DNA of 64,000 nucleotides from Entomortierella parvispora E1425 (lineage: Eukaryota > Fungi > Mortierellomycota): the NCBI GenBank assembly GCA_020891255.1, contig BQFW01000006.1, forward strand, positions 248,001 to 312,000, in the 5' to 3' direction. Position numbers and translations under genes: made by a program. Every line of letters starts with the position of its first letter. The stretch's first letter is position 1. Below are positions 1-10,026 of the stretch, piece after piece. The notes under the pieces were generated by a model. That model saw only the letters and a list, made by a program, of their open reading frames with translations. It did no database searches and was not told the DNA's origin.

Positions 1-699
1 AATTAACATGAAGAATCAAGAAACGGTGCATGGTGGGCGCCAGAATGAATGAGCAGGGGAGGGATGCATTGTAAAAGGATATCCCGCTAGGCACCAAACA
101 GGATGCCCGCATAGGCTACTCTACCTTGAGCCGTCTGCACAGTTGCAACAACGACCCTATGATTGAACTGCTACACAATCACAATTGAGAGTGCACGAAG
201 GTGCAGGACCTTTCTTCAATCATAATTAACATGAAGAATCAAGAAACGGTGGATGTAGAAAAATATGAGGGGTGGAAATGAAATCAAAGTTGACCATTGG
301 TGTGATTACCTTAAACGTAAAGAACAGAGACGCGATTCAGTCTGCATGCGAGGTGACGGAGTGGGCGCACGGCAGCAGTTCAAGCAACGACGGATGAGGA
401 TGGAGGTGACATGCATCGTGCATGCACTCGCGGTCGTTTTTTTCATGTCTCGTGCCACGTGACCCACGTGATGGAAATGAAAGCGCGCTGCGCGACTTGG
501 CAGCGCTTGGATCGCCTTGTGTCATTCCCGCCTTTCACGCCGTCATTGACTTGCCTTCTTGATAATCAGTTCTCATAATCAGGGAACCACCAAATTACAC
601 ACGAAGGACTTAGAAGTCATTTCCCCTCTCTTCTATGGTGGTGTACTAAGCGGCAATTGATTTGTATTTTGATGATGACCGTCTTTTCTAATGAAAAAC

Positions 700-1485
700 T
701 CCTCATATCATCTTTAGACTGTTGATATCCAAACCAACAAACCGGCTTGGCTGAACGTACATGCTACATATTGGCGGTCCTACGTTCTGCTCCGACAGTA
801 AATAGCTGCAGATACCAAATCTCATTGCCGCAGGACGCTTTGGCAAAGCTGCTTTGCATCGTTTTGGTCTTTGCCTTGAGGATGTCCGCCTCGCAGTCCA
901 GGACTTGGTGACATCTAGCGATATCAGAGAGGTGTTTGCATTGTATGGAGAAGCCAAGACCTCGGGGTGCTGGCCATGAAGGGAATGTATCACCGTAACT
1001 CCTTCTGTTATGCATTTTTCGGCAACCCACATCAGTCTCTGCGGAAATGGGGGTTGGAAGTCAAAATCACCAAGGTAAGCGAGGCGCTAATACCCAACTG
1101 AGATTCGTGTTCAAATACCTATTATGGTGACCTGTTATATTCTATTACTACCATTGCTCGTAGCCACTGCAGGACGATCTTGAACGAGTTGATATGGAGA
1201 TCCTCATTCCAAGTTGCGCCCTAGCGCTCTGGAGTGGAAAGTGATCGAACTAGAATACTTGGATCTGGGCGCCGTGAGCTCAAGGGAAGAAAAAGTGGAG
1301 GTTCTGAGGGGAATTTGGGCGAAACGAACGAAAGGAGAGAACGACTGACCATCAAAGAATGGGTCTTACATGGTCCCTGGATGGATAACGGTCTGCTCTC
1401 TCTGCAAAGTTCCTCTTTGCACAAAGAACGATCGAAACTGTTTTGAGGAGTGCCATACGCCTCTCGAGTTTTAGAATAAACCATC
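700..1485 (+). pseudogene. Possible decayed coding fragment of unknown family
   Basis: Short protein-like stretches broken by stops (e.g. GLCLEDVRLAVQDLVTSSDIREVFALYGEAK), ending in an AATAAA-containing motif also found after the NLR genes. Confidence 0.2.
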
Positions 1486-1761
1486 GTGAAAAGATATCGT
1501 CTCTTGGTCTTCTCCCGACCATGTGATCGTAGAGCATGAAAGGAGATAGCGACAAGTGTGTTTCCTACTGAGCTGGATGTGTTATGGGTTGTGTTTTCAG
1601 AGGACGGGCCACTGGGTTCCATCAGTTGAACCACGCGCAAGGAACTGATAAAAAGAGGATAGACTATGGGAAAAGCAGCACTTTGGTCATTCGTACGCCT
1701 TCACTTTCCATTCTTTGGATCCTCCTTTCAAATCATCAACAGCTCCAGCTCCTCCAACCCA

Positions 1762-1765
<4 letters not shown>

Positions 1766-1792
<27 letters not shown>
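1766..1792. repeat. (CA)n microsatellite
   Basis: Run of cacaca read directly from the sequence. Confidence 0.9.
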
Positions 1793-1959
1793 CATTAGTC
1801 TTCATTCTCCTTGTTTACTGCACCGTCATTCACCCTTTCGTGGACAAAGCCTGTATGCTTTTCGTTGCATTTCGCTACCATCTGGACCCCGCCAGAGCTA
1901 GACAAGCAAAAAGTAATGACACCAACTTTCTTCTAAACACAAAAATGCCATAGATTACC

Positions 1960-4900
1960 ATGGGAATCCAGGGCCTTGCAGCTAGGATCAAATCGACCGA
2001 TGGAGTTGAGGAGGACCTTCGAGGATTCACCTGTCATGTGGACTGCGCCTCCATGTTTTTTGGAATAGTTCACAGTCATGGTTTCCACCTGGATGTGGCG
2101 TTCGCAGCCAAAAATGCTCGGCGACAGGTAGCTTCGCCCGATATCCCAACGAGCGCGTCTACACCACCGTCAACAACCATTCCGAAGCGACCAGGAACAG
2201 ATGAGGCCAGTCTGCATCGAAAACGCGCCCGGGTGGATCCTTCAAGCCAAAGCACCCCTTATGGCATTGTAGCAGCGATGCAGGATATGTTGGCAGAACG
2301 ACCATCCCAAATTCGTTTCAATCAAGACGGGTCACTGGAAGCAAACGATGCTGAGGAAAGGAGCGTTGTACGTATATCTGTATATCTACTCTACATTTAA
2401 AGAGAGTCTGATCATTACAACAAGAGTCATGCCTTTTCGATTAGAATACTTACCGTCTCAATCGCGCTGCTTCTTAGGATTATCGATCCTTGGGGAAGAC
2501 AATCGATCGAATCCTTGTGTCCTACTTGAGCAAGGATCATACAACACTTCATTTCGACGGTTCCCGGTCCCTGGAGAAGGAACTTGCTCACAGAAAGCGC
2601 GACCAAACCTTGGAGACGCGAGTCGGCAAGCTAGAGAAAGACTATGACGGGGGCAGGATCAGGAATACTACCCAACTATACAAGAGGGTGAAGGCTTCGT
2701 ACCGAGTTCCCGCGAGCGCAATCAGGGATGTCATCACACAACTTCATGAAAGCGGATGGAAAATATGCCAGTGTACCCACCAGAGTGACACATGCATTGC
2801 AAACCGCGTGACGAATGCCCATTCACCAGATAATGTCAGGATCATTACCAAAGATTCAGACTTTATGGCATACGAGTCGGTGACCACAATCACAATGCCC
2901 GTTGGTCGGCCCTTGACTTGGACCACTTTCAGTAAGCAGGCACTTTTGGACGAACTCGAGCTCCAAACTCCGGCGCATCTCGTACTCGTTTCTGTCTTGA
3001 CGACCAATGACTATACCGCAGGCATGCCACTCTACCAACTGGCATCGAACATGGCCAAGGTTAGACAGCTTGTGACGGGGAGCTCTAACGTTGCCAGCAA
3101 AGATGACCAGGCAAAATGGATTTACCAGCAAATCGAAGAGTATGTCCGTGCCATACATCAGACTGCGGAGGAGTCAAAGGCTGCAGCCATCGCGAGTTGC
3201 GAAAAACGTCTGAGGAGGATCGCCGACCCTTCCTCTGTAAAGGCCCACCAGAAGGATCTTCGACGAATAGTCACTGCCAACAAGCAGCTCAGCGTGTTAG
3301 CCAACAGCTATGACAATGCAGTGAAGGCATTTGTTCATTGTGAGGAGACAGCTCTAAATGCAGCTGGAAACATTCCAACGCTGGACATTCACCGGCGACT
3401 TTTGTCCATAGTCAACAAGGTGGAACTCAAGAAAGCGAAGCGCAGTTGGGACCGTTTTACCCTAGGCCCTGCAAAACCACCACACACGGAGCCGCCATTG
3501 GCACCACCAGCACCAATAGCCGAATCGGACCACAAAGCACCCTCCACAGATGCGGCAGACTCTTCGACCTCCGTCCAGCCTGTCCCTGACCCAAGCCGTG
3601 CACAGAAAAGGGAGCAGAAGCGACAAAGGAAGAAGGCCAAGAGGAAGCAGGAAAGAAGAAAGAAGAAGTGGGAGAAATCAAGGTTCGTATCCTTTTGGGA
3701 ACTAAAAGACAAAGTTGCATCAACTCCAACGTTCTCACATATCGTTCATGTACCTCTTTAGATTTCGATCCCGGACCGACCTGAACGATCGATATCTTCC
3801 CCAAACAGTTGCGCTGGAGACTGCAAGTCCCATAGACGATGTTGAGCTTGCACACTTGACGCCTTCGACTCCCAAAAAACCAAAACCGCGTAAACCAACT
3901 ACCAAGTCCGATCGGCCACCAATTTCCCCAGTGAAAAAGACACGCAAGAAGGAGCTTCCTATTCCCACATCACCGACAGCGGGTCCCAAGGCTCTTAAAA
4001 AATCCTTCAAATCTGCTTTTGCAACCGTTACTCTGACCATGGGTTCTCTGCGAGGATGTCTCCTGCGTGCCACAGATCTCTCCAAAGAAGAGAGCACGCT
4101 GGTAGTCCAGCGTCTGGATGAAGCTGTCTCCGTCACCAGCAGTGCCAAGCATTACGTATTGAAGATGATGGAGATGAGGATTTTGCGGCACTTGATCGAC
4201 AGCACTGGGGACGAGTTTCTGGAAAATGTCCTGGACTCAAAGTCAGACTGGCTAGAAAGATTCGTGCAGAATCTTTTATCGTTTGTCTTGCGAGGCTCCT
4301 CTGACATGAAAGGTGGACGCCGTCCTGTTAAGGACCAATCCAAGGATGCCGTGGTGGAAGCACAAAGTACCTTTGACGAATTCAAGGCGTTCCACCCGGA
4401 GTTCGAGGCATTAAACCCGTCCAACCTCCCCCTGAGCAATGTCATTGCTGAACTGACACCAAAAATCTGTCTAGCAATCAAGCAGCATTATCGCAAATTG
4501 CCGACCACTCTCTGCAACAAGGTACTGAACGAAGTGGTTTTTGAAATTGGATCACTGCATTCTAAAAAAATTGATTCTAATCGAAGAATACCTTTGCGTG
4601 CTGCAGTTGACAAAGTTATCTTTAGACTGCACCGAGCTTATGGGGGTAGTGGATGACGAGAAGACATCAGATGCTGCCATCAACGACGCCATCAACGAAG
4701 CCGAACTGTCTGCAGATGACGAAGACTCAGACGACGACCCAAGGAAAGCATCGCAAAAGATGACGTTTAAGAAGGGTCACTTGAGACTTTGCTGGCGTCA
4801 TTTGCTGCAGATACCGACAGCCGTAAAACAGCCAAAGTTTTGTGTCCAGGCAGGGATGACAGATTCTTTCATTGACCTGAATGAAGAGGCTCTGGTGGCA

Positions 4901-6413
4901 TTACTATGGGGCATAACAGCCGGACGAGTGGGCGACATCTTGATGACCTCCGTCTGCAATCGGCAACGTGCCAATCATCTCCGGAAAAACTCCTACGGAA
5001 ATGTCATTAAACAGTTGTTTGTCGGAGACCGGTCCACCATCAAGGCAGCCAAGAAAAGACAGACACCGTACGGGAAGAAAATAACCTCAATGGACGAGCG
5101 GAGCAACACCTTGCCGGACGTGTACGGCCAACTGGTGCTAGAGCAATACAACAAGAGACGTATTAATCACTACCGGAGACTGCACAACAACTCCCTCACA
5201 GCCCAGCAACCATTGCCCTCCTCCTCGGCACCATCGACAATGGATCCTGAACCACCTCGACTTCCCATGCCGCCCCAGGTTTCCGGACAATACCGATATG
5301 CCCTGAACAACATAATCCGAACAGATGGGCATGAGCTGCAAATCCTTGGGTATGATCTTTTCAAGCCACGGAAATCGACAAGATACAAAGAGTTCATGAG
5401 GAGGATCGAGACCTTGTATCCCGACAAGGACAGTTTGGTTGCTGAATTCGGTCAAGATCTTGAATCAGTTGTTGTTATCGGAATAGATCCAGGAGAGGTG
5501 GTCAGTGGCGCCTTTTGTGTGACCTTGCCGGGAGAAAGGGTTGTCAACCTGACGGTGAAAAGGTCATCGCTTTATCAGCCGACGCTTGCATTCCGAGAAT
5601 GGGCGGAGCATTGCAAACGGGCCCAACCAACAGCAGGATCAAACGACAGCGTAGGACCTTCCTTGTGGGCTTGTACTCAGCGTACTCAGCAGGGTCAGGA
5701 CCAAGACAACCCAACTTTGTTGCCGTCGCTGCACGACCTGCAAAACGCCCTACATCCGCTCAACTACCACGACATTACAGCCATTGAAAACAGACACCGG
5801 CAGTACTTCCAACTTGAACCTTTGATACACGGGTTTTATTCATCAGCAACCTGGAAGAAAGCGGCTCACGACCACAAGAAATCCAAACTCGCAGAAATGG
5901 ACCTTGCGGTCAACGGTGTTTTAAAGTTGGTGGAATTGGCATGCGAGGGAGTTCCTGTTGAAGCAAGGAGGGTTATATTTGTGCTCGGGAATGGCAAATT
6001 TAAAACAGGCATCAACCTGACGTCCGTGCACACCACTTTCCTGAGGCGTCTTTTCGGAAAGGTAAAAACACACACGATCTTGGTAGTGTCCGCGCTCTCT
6101 CTCTTGTGGGCATGCAGATTGATTATATCTTTTCCCTCGCTTATGATAGATACAAACAATGGGATACAAGGCCGTCATTGGCGATGAATACCTATCATCG
6201 ACAATGTGTCCCACGTGCATAGGAAAGAACGTCGCGACACGCCTTGCAAAACCCTCTATGAGGACGTGTGCATGCACGCAGTGTGGTCGATGGATCCACA
6301 GAGACTGCGTGGGAGCGCACAACATTGCGACAATCGGAGAGCGGTATGTCCAGCAGCAAGACCGACCGCGCCAGCTCGCGCGGCCCCCACCTTCTTCCCT
6401 CCAACCTCTATAA
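1960..6413 (+). CDS. FEN1/XPG-like PIN nuclease fused to Fanzor/TnpB-like RuvC + Zn-ribbon nuclease (5 exons, ~1363 aa)
   Basis: Exons 1960-2367, 2478-3682, 3762-4521, 4607-6061, 6150-6413 join through phase-matched GT-AG introns (4092 nt). FEN1-like motifs: MGIQGLA, HVDCASM, LHFDGSRSLEKELAHRKR, HQSDTCIA, TKDSDF, NDY. RuvC motifs: GIDPG, VLGNGKF, GDEYLSS, CPTC..CTQC, HRDCVGAHNI. The intron 1 acceptor is ambiguous (see findings). Confidence 0.85.
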
Positions 6414-6464
6414 TTTGAAGTTATAGTTATTTTTATCTCGTCTGGCTACGGACAAAGAGATAGG
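6398..6464 (+). ncRNA. Candidate Fanzor omegaRNA scaffold / element right end (putative guide from 6465)
   Basis: Overlaps the stop codon. Hairpins ctataa/ttatag and tttatctc-gtctg(gcta)cggac-aaa-gagatagg. A homologous copy at 44175-44240 shares the same 3' boundary. Confidence 0.65.
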
Positions 6465-6650
6465 CGATATCCCCTTGCTCTACCGATGCAACCAGCAAAG
6501 ACATCAAATCGAATTAAAAATCGCACCATTACTTTGGCTGATGCGAATATCTATTTATTTTTCTTCAGTTCAATCCGGTCCGTGGATGTTCTAGCTAGGA
6601 GCAGTTTCAACCGACATCCGTAATGGTGGGGTGATCCCTCTGATCCCTCT

Positions 6651-8517
6651 TTACTTGAGTCCAGTCATGTAGAATCCAAACTGAACCAGTCCCATTATCA
6701 CTGGCTGCCAGACAATCATATATCTAAACGATAAAAAGAAGTACCCTGTGAGTATTACTAGAGAACATAACGTCATTTCAACTCTGCCTCTGTGTTTTCG
6801 CCCTACCTTAATGCGTCCAAGAGGTTCAGATACAACTGTTGAGTAGTGTCCCATGGGTTGGTCTTGAAGGCGCGCAAGTCAACCTTCTCCTTGCAGTAAG
6901 GGCACATGTCCTTCTTGCCGATCAAACACCATCCACGGATACATTCCTCATGAAACTCGTGGCCACAGTTGAGCTTGATGCTTGGCTCGACAGGTGCTCC
7001 ATTGGGTGAAGGTTGAAGAACCACGGGAGCCTGCAAGTGTCCATGGGCATCAATGGTGCTGATGGCGTTCGACACATGGATACCGCAAATAGCACACACA
7101 CCGAGGCGAAGATGTTTCCGTGGGAATCCTTCCTTGGTGTAGTATCCCAAGGTTGACGCCATGGACTCTGTGCAAAACTCTACGAAATCACGACCCAAAA
7201 TTCTACCACATGCAAAAAAAAAAAAAAAAAAAAAAAAAAATTAGAACTATTGTGCCCAATGTGTCCCTTTTCCTGTGATACATTCCAGTGGTCGTTCGTC
7301 ACATACCCAAAGTAGACTCCATAGGACAAGAATGTCAGTCCCCAGGAAACCAATCCGGAAGTGGTGGGATCCTCGTCATTAGGATCGGGAGCACCAAAGC
7401 CCATGAAGGTCAAAAACATCATACCGTAGCCGATGATGCCAGTGACATAGGAGATTTGGTAGATCACCCAGTACCACTTGTAAACGACCCTATTAGCGCC
7501 AAAACAAGAACGATTGTTGATCAGCAATCATGTCCACCCACCGTTCGATACAATCCATAAGAGCTGCAAAGAACGCAGCAGACAATTACTTTGGTGTCAT
7601 ATGGTGGAGGGGCTTCCTGGTTGCTTTGTAGATGATCCACGAGTTGAGGATTGTGAAGATGCCCCAAACGATCGAAAATTGATGCCATCTTCCATGAAGT
7701 GCATAAAGAAATGGGATAAGCCTACAGAGCAAAATAATAAATGAGGATTATGCGGAGTAGGTCAGTCATCGTCCAGATTCCAGTAATGAAGCTATCCAGA
7801 CAAAATGACTCTTACCAAAGACCGATCGTCGTCGTGGCTTGGTATGACCGATAGTGCTGCTTCTTCCACCAAAGGAGGACAAACTGGAAAGCGACCAAGG
7901 CCACAATGATGATCAATGCCATCTTGCTGTGGGTCTCCTCATGTCCTGCATGCTCGTGAAAGTACTCTGCTTGCTTCTCGAGACTAGTTGAAGAGAGTGG
8001 ACAAAAGAAAAGTCGTCAGCAAGTTGTTTTTGAATGGTTCAGCGTCTCCAAGACATATCTCCAATATTCGCCAAGACAAATGGTCGATATGATCTATCAA
8101 GACCGCGCAGGCAAGAGTTGAGCCTGAGCTTCCGAGATGACTCTTTCCTTTGATGGTCATCTCTAATGACTCTCAAGGACACTAGTCAGATGGCTTCCTC
8201 TGATGACCCCTCTCTTTCTAATCGCCGCTCTCCCTCTTGACTCCTATACTTTTTCACACCGCTCCTCTTTGACTCCTCGACAGGAAATGCAGCTTGGATC
8301 TTCTTAATGACTCCCTAAAAGATGCACTCAGATGCCCATTAATGGCTCTTCTACGGAGCACCCTGTGAAGGTCGCATGGATGACTCTTCCTGTTGCTTTG
8401 GTGATAGAGACGCGGGGATTTAGAGACTCACTTGTGGATCGTGTTGTTGGACAAATGGATTTTGCCTTCTTGAGCTTCATGGATGATGTGCTCAATCTTT
8501 TGGGCTTCCTGCTCCAT
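6651..8517 (-). CDS. RNF121/RNF175-like membrane RING-H2 E3 ubiquitin ligase (multi-exon)
   Basis: First exon MEQEAQKIEH (8517-8432), then HEHAGHEETH-TM, YKWYWVIYQISY, CAICG...CGHEFHEECIRGWCLIGKKDMCPYCKEKVDL, last exon WQPVIMGLVQ. Confidence 0.88.
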
Positions 8518-10026
8518 AGTGTGAATAGGAGGGTGGTTGGAGGAAGGATGGAGTGAGCTGGTGCTGGAAGGTCAGTCCAGGTTGTCGGTTGATGGGTCGG
8601 ATGTTCGAAGGATGAGCCACGAGAGAAGGTTCTTTCTCTCCCCACCTTGTTCTCAGTTTTGTGGTCACAGCCACTCCAACTCTCTGAACTGGAATCACTC
8701 TCCTATAATTTCTCCAAATGTTCAAATAAAAGATGTCGGATTGGGCCCACCAGACACAAAGATCAACGTCACACAACTCCGCACTTACAGAGGACTATAA
8801 AAGGGACAGGGAACTTGTCAGTCTTACTTCTTTATCGCACTCCTGTGGTTATAACTATAACGGATAAACATCATGCCTTTTACCTGACGTTTTCGAGTTG
8901 CAGCCACATCAAGGGAGTTGATCCTTATTTTTGGTGCCGCCCCTCCGTGGGCGGACTCTCTTATTTCATTCTTCAAAAAAAAAAAAAGGTGTACAATTTG
9001 TATGTGTTCTTTCTGTTCCTGCGTTTGTTGCCCAGCGCGCTTCAATTCCCTGCTCGATCGCCCTGTCCCTGCTTCAATTGCCCCTGGTACCCTGGAAAAC
9101 AACAATAAATGGTCTAATTTGAGCTCTCATGTTCGGAGCTCTGTTCTCATAGTTTGCTCCTTGAGTGCCTCCCTCGCGGCCAATTTGCTCTTTCTTTCTC
9201 GTCTGTTGTCCGCCAGACTCTGCAGCATTTCGAGCAAGCCAAGCCCACACACCAGCGCACCTACCATTCAATCCCTCCATCCCTTTTCTCTTTCTCCAAA
9301 CTCCACATCATCGTCGTCCTCCTCCTGCCCCACTCCATTCAACATCCGTGTAAGTTGCAGTGTTGCACTGAAACAGAATGCGTCCCGTTCAGGGTCACAC
9401 TGACATGTGTTTGCCACTGCACCCTCAGCCCTCGTTCGTTGTTGGTGCGCATTCCCAATCCTAACAAAGGGTCCAGGCACCGACGGCAGGCATTGGGAAT
9501 CAGAACCGTCAGAGACTGTTCCGCCTGCCTGCCTGCCCGCCTGTCTGCCTGTCTGCATGCCTGCCATCGCCTGGCTTCTGTCTGGTGTCGCGCCCTCTCC
9601 CTTCATTTGATTCTGTCGCGCTCACTATATCCTTGTCTCCTCCCTCTCGCTCTCCTGTTCTCGTTCTGCAGTCTGTTCCAACTGCTCCCTCTTGCCATCC
9701 ATTTCCGCCGTTCCATTGCCCTCTCTCCCTCTCCCTCTCCATTAATCATTAACATCCACCACCTACATCTGCATCAGGCGACCACTCTTCCTTGTTCCGT
9801 ATGGCTCATCGTGCGCAACGAGCCTTGTTTAGCATTCTAAATGATCATGATGTCACTGTTTGGATACTAACATCTCTTTCTCTCCTCATTCACTTCCCCA
9901 TCCTGCTTAAACATCTCTTGACGTCGCGTGCTTTTATCGTCCACAGGTCACCCCATTCTATCCTGCTCCACGCTCAGTTAACGACTTTCCCCTGAGCGAC
10001 CATTTTTGCAAGGACCAGGACTCATC

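Noticed and set aside
1960-6413. Treating the five ORF-track entries as separate genes, or as a bacterial IS605 tnpB
   Set aside because: Phase-matched spliceosomal introns link them; the size and rearranged RuvC fit a eukaryotic Fanzor.
6465-6484. In-window targets for either putative guide
   Set aside because: Only 8-9 nt matches were seen by eye (e.g. gatatccc near 78), which is chance level.
6500-6630. Additional hairpins (tcgca/tgcga, ggatgt/acatcc) downstream of the Fanzor
   Set aside because: They lie beyond the conserved boundary at 6464 and are absent from the second copy, so they are not counted as scaffold.
8328-9995. Many short ORFs between RNF121 and CHS7
   Set aside because: CT-rich promoter, UTR and intron DNA with no protein motifs.
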